Shown here piece by piece: positions 44,404-53,859 of a stretch of 64,000 bases of DNA (its first letter is position 1; each line of letters opens with the position of its first letter). The stretch is from Eubacteriales bacterium (lineage in GTDB: Bacteria; Bacillota; Clostridia; Lachnospirales; Lachnospiraceae): contig JAUNSC010000012.1 of the NCBI GenBank assembly GCA_030539395.1, positions 10,390 through 74,389 on the forward strand, written 5' to 3'. Made by a program: the position numbers and the translations under genes. The notes beneath the pieces were generated by a model. It saw nothing but the letters and a program-made list of their open reading frames with translations. It was not told where the DNA came from and did not search any database.

Positions 44404-45351
44404 TCATTTCTGTACTATACAGGTATACTTATCATATTCCTTTTTATTGTAAAAATAGTCTCTATCCTTTCCGGTTATTCCCAGCTGCGAAAACCATTCA
44501 CCCTTAAGCTTCTCCAGCAGTTTTGTTTTAGTTGGTTCAGCCAGAGTATCGTAATTCCACAATGCAAAATGCAAGGCATAATTAATATAGTCCTTCTCTA
44601 CTTCTTCATAGAGTTCCTCGCCAATAAGTCTCTCACGAAGGGCCATTAAAGCGTCATAAAAACACCACCATGAGTTTTCTCTTGTTTTAGATAAAGAATC
44701 TTTTGCATCACGTCTCTGGTGTGCTAACACTTGAGGAAGCACAGAAATTCTTCTTGCCAGGACAACCGCACTAAAGACAAACAGCATATCGTTACTTGTC
44801 CTCTGCTCCTGAAATTTTAACTGATGCTTCTCAACGAAATCCCTGCGATATAGTTTGTCCCATGCCCAACCTACAAAAACTTTGAAAATATTGTCCGTCA
44901 TTTGACGGTGATTGAAAGGCTGATATGGAGGAATCTCCTTTTCCCTTACAACCCAGCTGACCGGCACAAATTTATCATCCTCTGTATGGTATTGGTCAGA
45001 TTTATATACCACAAAATCTGTCTGGTCCTGTTCAGCCAGATTATATGCCTTTTCAAGCATATCTTTTTCAAAAAAATCATCCGAATCCAAAAATGACAAA
45101 TATTTTCCCTGTGCCACAGACATTCCGGTATTTCTTGCTGCACCGGCACCTGCATTCTTCTGGGTAATAACTTTCACTCGTTCATCACTTCGGGCATATT
45201 CCTCCAATATGGAAAGAGACTGGTCTGTTGAACTGTCATTTACACAAATTATCTCTATCTCACGCAATGTCTGCTGCACAATGCTGTCCATACACTGCCG
45301 CAGATACTTCTCCACATTGTATACCGGAACAATTACTGATACCTTTATCAT
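44404..45351 (-). CDS. Family-2 glycosyltransferase
   Basis: 315 aa; KVSVIVPVYNVEKYLRQCMDSIVQQT, VNDSSTDQS, GAGAARNTG and FLDSDD. Confidence 0.8.
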   Translation of the reverse strand: MIKVSVIVPVYNVEKYLRQCMDSIVQQTLREIEIICVNDSSTDQSLSILEEYARSDERVKVITQKNAGAGAARNTGMSVAQGKYLSFLDSDDFFEKDMLEKAYNLAEQDQTDFVVYKSDQYHTEDDKFVPVSWVVREKEIPPYQPFNHRQMTDNIFKVFVGWAWDKLYRRDFVEKHQLKFQEQRTSNDMLFVFSAVVLARRISVLPQVLAHQRRDAKDSLSKTRENSWWCFYDALMALRERLIGEELYEEVEKDYINYALHFALWNYDTLAEPTKTKLLEKLKGEWFSQLGITGKDRDYFYNKKEYDKYTCIVQK

Positions 45352-45373
45352 TCTGTCTCCTTAACTTCTATCA

Positions 45374-46519
45374 CTATTTCAGTATTTTCTTTAATGCTTT
45401 TTTTATTGCAATCGGAATAAACATAATGATTCTTCCAACTTTGAAAGTTGTAGAGTTTTCAAGCTCCTTCACTCGTTTTTCCGCCTTCTCCAATTTTTTT
45501 TCACAGCTCTGCATTTTCTTAGAGATATCTGCTCCATATAAGCAATATTTTAAATAATAATCACCTGGCTGCTTCATCATAAATGCCAGTTTTTCCTGTT
45601 CCAGTTTTGTAAACAGGCTCATATCCAGTTCTCCCAGATCATTGCTGCGTCTGAACTCCGCTGCAATCCGTTCTACATACTCACGTTTAAAAACATCTGA
45701 TATTCGAGTAATCGTAAACATATAATTGTGGTATCTCTTTAAATTGTAATAGCCTTTGAACTTCTCCCATAACTCCTTATTCTCTTTCTGCATAAAAATA
45801 TCCCTGATGTGATCATATTCAATATTCATGCAGTATACTTTTTCTTTACTGTTTACTGAAGAATTCGGATTATCTCTTCTGTTCATATAATAGGGCTTGT
45901 CTAAAAACATCGCCCTCTTTGCATAAATAAATGTCTGCCAGAAGAAACCGTTATCCTGAAAAGATGCCCCTGGCGTCTCATTATGGCGAATGTGGTTCTC
46001 TTCAATATATTTCCTGCGGTAAATACCGCTCCAGGTATTCATAATAAACTTTGTGAGAATCGGCATTTCACTGGGATTATATACCTGATTATAATAAAGG
46101 CCCGATTTGTCAAGATGATTATATACCTGATTCATGTTACCATTCTCTTCTGTTGTAAACCTGTAGAAATCGGCTTTTACAAAATCAAGGTCATTTTCGG
46201 ATGCCACTTTATACAGATCTTCATACATATTCAGAGGAACAAAGTCATCCGGCTCTACAATACCGATATATTCCCCTGTGGCACGGTCCAATCCCATATT
46301 CATGGCCTTTCCGTAGCCGCCATTTTCCTTATCTATAATAATAATCCTGGCATCATTTTCTGCATATTTCTGAAGGATACTTAATGATGAATCTTTTGAT
46401 CCATCATTAATACAGATAATCTCTATATCCTGTAATGTCTGGCGCTGCACACTCTCCATACACTGATCCAGATACATTTCAACATTATAAGTAGGTATAA
46501 TAATCGATACTTTTGGCAT
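45374..46519 (-). CDS. Family-2 glycosyltransferase with C-terminal coiled-coil and amphipathic tail
   Basis: 381 aa; KVSIIIPTYNVEMYLDQCMESVQRQT, INDGSKDSS, GYGKAMNMG and VEPDD. The C-terminus is EKKLEKAEKRVKELENSTTFKVGRIIMFIPIAIKKALKKILK. Confidence 0.8.
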   Translation of the reverse strand: MPKVSIIIPTYNVEMYLDQCMESVQRQTLQDIEIICINDGSKDSSLSILQKYAENDARIIIIDKENGGYGKAMNMGLDRATGEYIGIVEPDDFVPLNMYEDLYKVASENDLDFVKADFYRFTTEENGNMNQVYNHLDKSGLYYNQVYNPSEMPILTKFIMNTWSGIYRRKYIEENHIRHNETPGASFQDNGFFWQTFIYAKRAMFLDKPYYMNRRDNPNSSVNSKEKVYCMNIEYDHIRDIFMQKENKELWEKFKGYYNLKRYHNYMFTITRISDVFKREYVERIAAEFRRSNDLGELDMSLFTKLEQEKLAFMMKQPGDYYLKYCLYGADISKKMQSCEKKLEKAEKRVKELENSTTFKVGRIIMFIPIAIKKALKKILK

Positions 46520-46570
46520 ATTTCCTCCCGTTAATACAAATTTTCCTCTTGATTAATCAACTTCTATTTT

Positions 46571-47809
46571 TTAGTCTTTCCCGTACAAATCCCTTGTGTA
46601 TACTTTGTCTTTCACATCATCCAATACCTTGTCATATCTGTTGGCAACAATCACATCACATTCTTTTTTAAAGTTCTCAAGATTATTGACAATCCTGCTT
46701 CCAAAAAAAGTACTTCCGTCTTTCAGCGACGGCTCGAAGATGATCACATCCGCACCTTTTGCTTTTACACGTTTCATTATCCCCTGTATGCTGCTCTGCC
46801 GGAAATTGTCACTGTTCGCTTTCATTGTCAGCCGGTAAATGCCCACAGTAACTGCATGCTCGTTTATATTATTATAATCATTATTCTCTGCGTAGCTATA
46901 ATACCCTGCTTTCTGCAGCACACGATCAGCAATAAAATCTTTTCTCGTGCGGTTTGCTTCTACAATTGCCTCAATCAGATTTTCCGGCACATCTTTATAG
47001 TTTGCCAGCAGCTGCTTTGTATCTTTCGGCAGACAATATCCGCCATACCCGAAAGACGGATTATTATAATGGGTTCCAATCCGGGGATCCAACCCTATCC
47101 CTTCAATAATCTGCGCCGTATTTAATCCTCGTACTTCCGCATACGTATCAAGCTCGTTAAAATAACTGACACGCAAAGCGAGGTACGTATTGGCAAACAG
47201 CTTGACAGCCTCCGCCTCCGTCAGACCGACGAAAAGAACCGGAATATCTTCTTTGATGGCCCCCTCCTCTAAGAGAGCTGCAAATTCATGTGCCCTTTGT
47301 ACCATTTTCTCATCATTCGATGGTACTCCCACAATAATACGGCTGGGATACAGATTATCATACAATGCTCTGCCTTCACGTAAAAATTCCGGACTGAAGA
47401 GCAGATTTGTACATCCGTACTTCTCTCTTACTCCCACTGTATATCCAACCGGTATCGTTGATTTAATGACAATCACCGCATCCGGATTACAGCGAATAAC
47501 CTGCTCAATTACACTTTCCACCGATGAAGTATCAAAATAATTTTTTACAGAATCATAGTTTGTAGGTGTAGCAATAATAACAAAATCCGCCTTACTGTAT
47601 GCAGCATCTCCATCAAGAGTAGCTGTAAGATTTAATTCATGTGTTGCGAGATATTCTTCAATTTCTTTATCTGCAATAGGCGATACTCCGCTGTTAATCT
47701 TGTTAACTTTTTCCTCTACAACATCAACCGCTGTAACCTCATGATTCTGCGCTAAAAGTACACTGAGACTAAGTCCGACATAGCCGGTTCCTGCAACTGC
47801 AATTTTCAT
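46571..47809 (-). CDS. ugd: UDP-glucose 6-dehydrogenase
   Basis: 412 aa; [22 protein letters not shown] and the catalytic-Cys region [10 protein letters not shown]. It overlaps the upstream GT2 by 4 nt. Confidence 0.9.
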   Translation of the reverse strand: MKIAVAGTGYVGLSLSVLLAQNHEVTAVDVVEEKVNKINSGVSPIADKEIEEYLATHELNLTATLDGDAAYSKADFVIIATPTNYDSVKNYFDTSSVESVIEQVIRCNPDAVIVIKSTIPVGYTVGVREKYGCTNLLFSPEFLREGRALYDNLYPSRIIVGVPSNDEKMVQRAHEFAALLEEGAIKEDIPVLFVGLTEAEAVKLFANTYLALRVSYFNELDTYAEVRGLNTAQIIEGIGLDPRIGTHYNNPSFGYGGYCLPKDTKQLLANYKDVPENLIEAIVEANRTRKDFIADRVLQKAGYYSYAENNDYNNINEHAVTVGIYRLTMKANSDNFRQSSIQGIMKRVKAKGADVIIFEPSLKDGSTFFGSRIVNNLENFKKECDVIVANRYDKVLDDVKDKVYTRDLYGKD

Positions 47810-48999
47810 TTTCCCATCTCCTTACTCTTTACGTCTTTTATTACGTACAGTTTTCTTGCTATCCATCCCAGAGGGTTTTTTATATTGTTTATTTTATTAT
47901 TTAAACGCCTGTTTTCTTTTTTCAGAGCATTCACACTGTCTCTCAATTCTCTGTTCTTAATTTTTAAATCACGTATATGTTCCTGCTTTTTCTTTTTCTC
48001 ATCCGCGCCATGCATGAGCACATAATCCAGAGGCGCCATTGTCATCATTCTTCGATATGACAACTGCGCATCCTCGGAATAATAATAATCTTCTCTATCA
48101 ATAATACCCAGCTTTTCAAACCCTTCATTCCTCAAATACTCATACATTTTTATAAACGCATTTCCATCTGTATTCTGATGGAGGGCGTACAAAAGGCTCT
48201 GCAGCGCCCTGTTTTCAAAACTCTGCCGAATCTGCAAATTGTCTAATCCTCCTGCCCTCTCCAAACTTTCATGAACAGCCATAAAAGCATCCATTGCGCA
48301 AAAAGGTGTCTCAACTTGTGTTCCCGTTAAACTGTCCTTATTGTTTACTCTATATGTTACTAATCTTTCTCTGACCACCGCTATCTTCGTTGCCAGATAA
48401 AATCCCATCATACCGAAATATACGTCATTTGCCCGGACACGATCTTCAAAGCGCAGATTATTTTCCTTTATAAATGAACTGCGATATAGCTTATTCCAGG
48501 GCACATTCGTTGCAATATTAAAAAGATATGCCGGATGGGATTCTTTTGAATATTCGTCAGCACCTTGCAAAAATTTCTCCAAAAGATACATTTCTGCCCG
48601 AATCAGATCTCCGGTAGGAACATCTAATCTATTTGCATTGCAGACACATATATCTGCGTTCGATGAAGTAATTTTTTCATATAACTTCTCCAACAAATTT
48701 CTTTCAAATCTGTCATCCGCATCCCAAAATGCCAAATATTCCCCTTTTGCATTTTCAATACCGTTATTTCTGGCTACACCTGCATGTTGATTTTCCTGGC
48801 ATATAAGTTGTATTCGTGAATCTTTGCGCATATACTCCCGCACAATTTCAGCTGAACAATCTGTAGAGCCATCATCCACACAAATAATCTCAATTTCCCG
48901 AAGAGTCTGCCCAATAGCATCTTCCAGTGTGTCCCGCAAAAAATCCTGAGCATTATAAATCGGAATTACAACTGTTACTTTAATCTCACTATTGTTCAT
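47806..48999 (-). CDS. Family-2 glycosyltransferase with C-terminal coiled-coil tail
   Basis: 397 aa; [44 protein letters not shown] and FWDADD. The C-terminus is [47 protein letters not shown]. Confidence 0.8.
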   Translation of the reverse strand: MNNSEIKVTVVIPIYNAQDFLRDTLEDAIGQTLREIEIICVDDGSTDCSAEIVREYMRKDSRIQLICQENQHAGVARNNGIENAKGEYLAFWDADDRFERNLLEKLYEKITSSNADICVCNANRLDVPTGDLIRAEMYLLEKFLQGADEYSKESHPAYLFNIATNVPWNKLYRSSFIKENNLRFEDRVRANDVYFGMMGFYLATKIAVVRERLVTYRVNNKDSLTGTQVETPFCAMDAFMAVHESLERAGGLDNLQIRQSFENRALQSLLYALHQNTDGNAFIKMYEYLRNEGFEKLGIIDREDYYYSEDAQLSYRRMMTMAPLDYVLMHGADEKKKKQEHIRDLKIKNRELRDSVNALKKENRRLNNKINNIKNPLGWIARKLYVIKDVKSKEMGK

Positions 49000-49156
49000 T
49001 TTTTCTTCCTGCCGTTTCTGATTTTTTTCATTATAACACGACTTTCAAAATCTATTCCACCCATTTAACTACATTTGTTTTCTTTGCCAAAAACTTTCCT
49101 TCCTGTACTGGATCCCCATGGCAATCTTTGTCCGGACAATATGGTTATCCGGCACA

Positions 49157-50671
49157 TCATAATTTCTCTTCTGCCCGCATCTCCCACAGCTTATACAGGG
49201 CCTTCCTGTCCAGCTTTTTCATACGGTTTCTTGGAAGTTCACTGATGATGATGTATTTCTGAGGCAATTTATACCGCTCCATCTTTCCGCCAAGAAATTT
49301 ACTAAATTCCTCTTCGTTATATCCACTGCTTTCCGGAACAACATACAGTACCGGGACCTGACCGAGAATTCCCTGGGGATCGTCCACACCAATACATGCG
49401 CACTCCACAGCGCCGTCATATTCCTGTGCAATATTTTCAACTTCAATAGGAGATACTTTTTCACCGCCCACATTGATAATATCGTCTGCACGCCCCATCA
49501 TATATACAAATCCATCCTCGTCCATATACACGATATCGTTTGTGTAGAGCCATCCATCTATCAGTGCCTGTGATGTTGCTTCCGGCATATTATAATATCC
49601 TGCCATCTGCATGGGTCCCTGAAGGATCATTCTGCCCGCCGTATCAATATCTTTTGCCTGTATTTCTTTTCCTTCCGAATCGACTACTTTCAATTTTGCT
49701 ATAGAAATCGGTCTTCCAAGAGCAGTAAATTTATCCGGATATTTGGATACCTCAAGAAAAATAACACCGCCGGTTTCTGTAGATCCCCATGTATTGACAA
49801 TATGTGTGTCCGGCAGCACTTTTGTCAGCTTTTTCTTCATGTCATAGCCAAGAGATCCTGCTCCCACTTCTATATAGCGCAGTTTTCCCATAACTTCCGA
49901 AAACCTGTCCTGCATCTTACGATAGATCATTTCCATGGATGCCGGAACAATTACCATTCCACTGCACTCAAAGTCATTGATATTTTTCTCAATCTCCTTA
50001 ATAAAAGCAAAACCATTCTGCAAAACAACAGTTGCCCCAACATATAAAAGAGTCCGAAGAACACGAAGTCCAAGAGAATGATTGAGCGGCAGAGGAATCA
50101 ATTCACAGTCTGCAGACTGTATACCCACGCCATCCCGATTGTTATGCGTAATTGCATAAATATTCCCAACACTCAGCATCGTTCCCTTAGGTTTTCCTGT
50201 CGTTCCGGTAGTAAACAGAATTTCTGCTACTTCATCATCATTTCTGTCAACAGCACTTATTTCCTGATGCATCTCTTCCTTTTCTACCGCAGCGGTATAC
50301 AATTCTTTCAGAGAATGGACGCGGATTTCCTCTGACAGAATTTTTCCATCTGCCAGCACAGTTTTTGGCTGTGTATATTCATATACATCCAAAATATTTT
50401 CTATTTTAGCCGCTTTCTCAATCGGAACAGACACTGCCCCCAGATACTGTATTGCCAGATATCCCACTATATAATCCGGCCTTGATACACCGGAAAGCAT
50501 AACGAGATCTCCTTTTTGGACGTCACAGCTTTCTCTCAGCAAATATGCCATAGATTTCATCCGCCTGCACAACTGAGAATAGGTAATTCTGTTTTTCTTA
50601 AATCCGACAGCAAGCTTGTCCGGTGTTTCTATGGCATGCGCCATTACCGCCTTTACAATTGTCTGATACAT
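49157..50671 (-). CDS. Class I adenylate-forming enzyme (AMP-binding; DltA-sized acyl/aminoacyl ligase)
   Basis: 504 aa; AMP-binding core motifs ILFTTGTTGKPKG (A3), WGSTETGG (A5), YTNDIVYMDEDGF (A7), GRADDIINVGGEKV (A8) and the terminal-Lys region LPRNRMKKLDRK (A10). The substrate cannot be read from sequence. Confidence 0.75.
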   Translation of the reverse strand: MYQTIVKAVMAHAIETPDKLAVGFKKNRITYSQLCRRMKSMAYLLRESCDVQKGDLVMLSGVSRPDYIVGYLAIQYLGAVSVPIEKAAKIENILDVYEYTQPKTVLADGKILSEEIRVHSLKELYTAAVEKEEMHQEISAVDRNDDEVAEILFTTGTTGKPKGTMLSVGNIYAITHNNRDGVGIQSADCELIPLPLNHSLGLRVLRTLLYVGATVVLQNGFAFIKEIEKNINDFECSGMVIVPASMEMIYRKMQDRFSEVMGKLRYIEVGAGSLGYDMKKKLTKVLPDTHIVNTWGSTETGGVIFLEVSKYPDKFTALGRPISIAKLKVVDSEGKEIQAKDIDTAGRMILQGPMQMAGYYNMPEATSQALIDGWLYTNDIVYMDEDGFVYMMGRADDIINVGGEKVSPIEVENIAQEYDGAVECACIGVDDPQGILGQVPVLYVVPESSGYNEEEFSKFLGGKMERYKLPQKYIIISELPRNRMKKLDRKALYKLWEMRAEEKL

Positions 50672-50680
50672 AATATTCTC

Positions 50681-52261
50681 CTAATAATTCATATAAGTAA
50701 ATCCGGTATTGCTGTAACCGGCTCCCCACACACCAAATATAATAACTGCAAAAAAAGCCAGATAATATATCGTCCATCTTACTACAGCATTATTACGGGC
50801 AATCATTTCACGCACCGACCCTCTTTCCTGCAGCATACTTACACACCACAATACAAAGATTCCAGCCATTGCAACCCAGAAATTTTTCCGGTTCAATCCG
50901 TAATTATATAGAGATTCATCAAAGAGTATCCATACATCAAATTTCGCAGCAATCTGTTTCAGAATATCTAAACTTGTCCTGATATGTCCCGGTACAGTCA
51001 GAAGACGCCCGAAGGAAAACAAAAGAAATGTTCTCACCATCTGGAAAATGTGCCAGCTCCTTGCCTCAGTATTGATTTTTAGCAGGCTTGTCATCTTATT
51101 GATCTCCGGCGCAAAAACACTTGGAACAATCGTCAGAACCGCCCAGTAAATTCCCCAGATAATGTAATTGTATCCCGTACCGTGCCATAATCCCGACAAT
51201 GTCCAGACACACACCAACGGAACAATTACCATAAGACTTTTAGATGCGCGGCTGCCAAAAGTCTTCTTTATCTTTCGTGAAAGCTTCAACAGAGCTGGAG
51301 AAATTGCAACGGGCATGTAAACATAGTTCTTAAAAAATTCGCCCAATGTAGCATGCCATCTGCGCCAGAATTCACCCGCACTTCTTGAAAAGAATGGATG
51401 TTCAAAGTTCTGTTCCAGTTCAATTCCAAGCATCTGAGAAATACCTCTGGCCATATCCATGCAGCCCGAGAAATCACAATATAGCTCAACGCTCGCAAAC
51501 ATAGCTGCTATCACAAATATAAGACTCGATTCCTGATCATAACAGTTCAAAAAAACCGAATCCACAAAAATTGACAATCTGTCAGCAATCACCAGCTTTT
51601 TAAAGTATCCCCAAAGCGCAAGCTGAATTCCAAAGCAGAAATTTGTATAGTCAAATGCATGGCCTTCGTTCAATTGATCAGCAAGATCCCTGTGCCTTGA
51701 TATCGGCCCCTGAAGAATCTTTGGAAAAAACAGCACAAACAACAAAAATTTTAAAAAGTTATGCTCCGCTTTATCTTTTTTCCAATATACATCCGCAAGA
51801 TAACTTAACATGGAAAAAGTATAATAAGATATTCCAAGAGGTACCAGCACCTGCATCCAGACAGGCAATTCTTCTCCCGTCAGCCGACTGATTCCATCCA
51901 AAATATTTTGTCCAATTTTACTGTATGCCAGCACTATAACAAGAACAAAACCTGTAAATATCAATATCCTGTGGCATTTCTTCTTTGCCTGCTGCTTACA
52001 TTTTTTCTTCTCTGCCGCATTCATATCTGAGTTTTTAATCTTCTCACTTTGACGGGCATATATTTTCTCCATCCATCTGGCCGACAGATAAACCAACAGT
52101 GAAGAGAACAGTACTACTGCAAATGCTTTCCATCCCCATGACAGATAGAAAAGTATACTTGCCAGCAGCAAAACTACCCAGCGTCCCTTTAATGGCATAA
52201 TATAGTACAATAACACCACTGCCAGAATAAAAACAAAAAAACTTCCTGATAAAAATGTCAT
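50681..52261 (-). CDS. MBOAT-family membrane-bound O-acyltransferase (DltB/AlgI/PatA-like)
   Basis: 526 aa, polytopic. FSMLSYLADVY, FWRRWHATLGEFF and LSGLWHGTGYNYIIWG (the conserved MBOAT His) are typical AlgI/DltB motifs. Confidence 0.85.
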   Translation of the reverse strand: MTFLSGSFFVFILAVVLLYYIMPLKGRWVVLLLASILFYLSWGWKAFAVVLFSSLLVYLSARWMEKIYARQSEKIKNSDMNAAEKKKCKQQAKKKCHRILIFTGFVLVIVLAYSKIGQNILDGISRLTGEELPVWMQVLVPLGISYYTFSMLSYLADVYWKKDKAEHNFLKFLLFVLFFPKILQGPISRHRDLADQLNEGHAFDYTNFCFGIQLALWGYFKKLVIADRLSIFVDSVFLNCYDQESSLIFVIAAMFASVELYCDFSGCMDMARGISQMLGIELEQNFEHPFFSRSAGEFWRRWHATLGEFFKNYVYMPVAISPALLKLSRKIKKTFGSRASKSLMVIVPLVCVWTLSGLWHGTGYNYIIWGIYWAVLTIVPSVFAPEINKMTSLLKINTEARSWHIFQMVRTFLLFSFGRLLTVPGHIRTSLDILKQIAAKFDVWILFDESLYNYGLNRKNFWVAMAGIFVLWCVSMLQERGSVREMIARNNAVVRWTIYYLAFFAVIIFGVWGAGYSNTGFTYMNY

Positions 52262-52305
52262 TTTATGTATCTCCTATAACAACGTTGGATTATTCTCCCG
52301 TTCTC

Positions 52306-53838
52306 CTATTTTTTAGGTGCTGGATTTGGTTCAGCGCAGGTATCAAAATATACACTGCTTAATACTTCATCAGCTTCCTTATCATAAACCACAATATTAA
52401 TCCCCCGGCCATCTTTCATCCACTCGGTTTCATCAATTATAAGACTGGCATCTACTCCTGACATCTGCCCCCCGCTATACAATTGATATTTTTTTCCATT
52501 ATTAAGTCCGGCCTCAGCCGACACCTTTTTCCGACTGAGTTTCTGAGTCACAACTTCCCCATCATCAATAACAGCCAGAAAACTGTACCTGAATTTCCCT
52601 TCCAGATTTTTTGTAATTCCCAGCTGCTGCAAAACATCTCTTCCCTCTGCATCCAGTTGATTTGTCATATCATCACTGCCAGCCATAAATATCGCATAGC
52701 CTTCTTTATCAAGAGACAGAATCGTCTGCATATATTGTTTAAAGTCTTCTGCAGCTGCAAAATCTTTCTTAACTTCCATTGCTTTCACCATCTGCAGATA
52801 GCGTTCCTCATTCTTTTCAAACTCTTCATAATTTTCATCCAAACGGCAGTCTGGGAGATCATAATTACTCTTTAAGTAATCCCCCACATAACCCATCCAT
52901 TTTCTTGCTCCCGACAAATTCATATGTACATTATCGGCGTTATCCGTTGTCCAATCTATTCCTATCTGTTTTTCAAGGAGATTGATATCCAGATACGGTA
53001 TCCCGTATTCATCTGCAATTTCCCGCACGGCATTATATTGCGCCCACTTCCATTCAATGAGGCCATTTCCCCAAAGTAATACTAAGTCTATATCCTTCTC
53101 CTTACACAGCTCAATGATTTTTATCAGATATTTCTTATTACATGCAGGTATAACGGCTTTTTGGCCGCTATTCTCCACATCATACACTTCCTTTTTTCGT
53201 TCCTTTGGAGTAATTGTCAAAAGCAGGCGGTTTCCACCCAAATATTCTTTCGGAAGTTCATGGGTAAATTCTTCTTCTGTAATGCTTTCCCAGTAAGAAT
53301 GTCCGTAATACATATCACAAAAGTATTCCCAAAAATTAATTTCCGGATAGAATTCTTCTTTTACTGCAAGAAATGCCTTATATCGGGTCTTTATACTCTT
53401 TATATCATCCAGTGTGAAATGCAAATATGTATTTTCGTCTCTTCGTATAGCGTCCGAAATACGTTCTTTTGAATAGAAAAGAGATTTCACATCAAAAAGA
53501 AGCACTTCAGGTTTTTGATATTTCAGCGTCTCTTCTATTGCATAATAGGAAAGACATGTAGATTGCTGAGGCGCTCCTATAGAAGTCGATGCAATTCCAT
53601 ATTCATGATAGAGCTCCGCTGAATTTGTATTTGCAATAGCAATACTTGTCCCCGCAATCAGAACATCATAGTAATCTTTTTCTTTATAAATATTAGTTAA
53701 TCCATCACTATACCAACGTGCATCTTTCGGTTTATGCACAACGTATTCTACTGCTTTCCATAAAAAAGCCGCTATCAGGACGAACAGAATCATCCTGACA
53801 GCATATCCCACTCTCTTTTTTACCATTGTTCCTCCCAA
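52306..53838 (-). CDS. N-terminally anchored extracytoplasmic SGNH-like protein (DltD/AlgJ/PatB-analogous) with an extra C-terminal domain
   Basis: 510 aa with one N-terminal TM (MILFVLIAAFLWKAV). The candidate block I is VLIAGTSIA and block V is DNVHMNLSGARKW (D-x-x-H-x-N-x-x-G). It sits directly upstream of the MBOAT gene. The fold assignment is tentative. Confidence 0.55.
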   Translation of the reverse strand: MGGTMVKKRVGYAVRMILFVLIAAFLWKAVEYVVHKPKDARWYSDGLTNIYKEKDYYDVLIAGTSIAIANTNSAELYHEYGIASTSIGAPQQSTCLSYYAIEETLKYQKPEVLLFDVKSLFYSKERISDAIRRDENTYLHFTLDDIKSIKTRYKAFLAVKEEFYPEINFWEYFCDMYYGHSYWESITEEEFTHELPKEYLGGNRLLLTITPKERKKEVYDVENSGQKAVIPACNKKYLIKIIELCKEKDIDLVLLWGNGLIEWKWAQYNAVREIADEYGIPYLDINLLEKQIGIDWTTDNADNVHMNLSGARKWMGYVGDYLKSNYDLPDCRLDENYEEFEKNEERYLQMVKAMEVKKDFAAAEDFKQYMQTILSLDKEGYAIFMAGSDDMTNQLDAEGRDVLQQLGITKNLEGKFRYSFLAVIDDGEVVTQKLSRKKVSAEAGLNNGKKYQLYSGGQMSGVDASLIIDETEWMKDGRGINIVVYDKEADEVLSSVYFDTCAEPNPAPKK

Positions 53839-53859
53839 AATCCCGAATGAAACTTCTGC

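Noticed and set aside
49000-49156. The 157-bp gap after the adenylating-enzyme gene, as a possible hiding place for a DltC/ACP-like or DltX-like small gene
   Set aside because: Translating the minus strand gives only a 16-codon ORF (MGIQYRKESFWQRKQM) with no Ser-phosphopantetheine motif. The region contains an extended -10-like TGTTATAAT (49038-49030) and is more likely an internal promoter for the downstream GT2-ugd genes.
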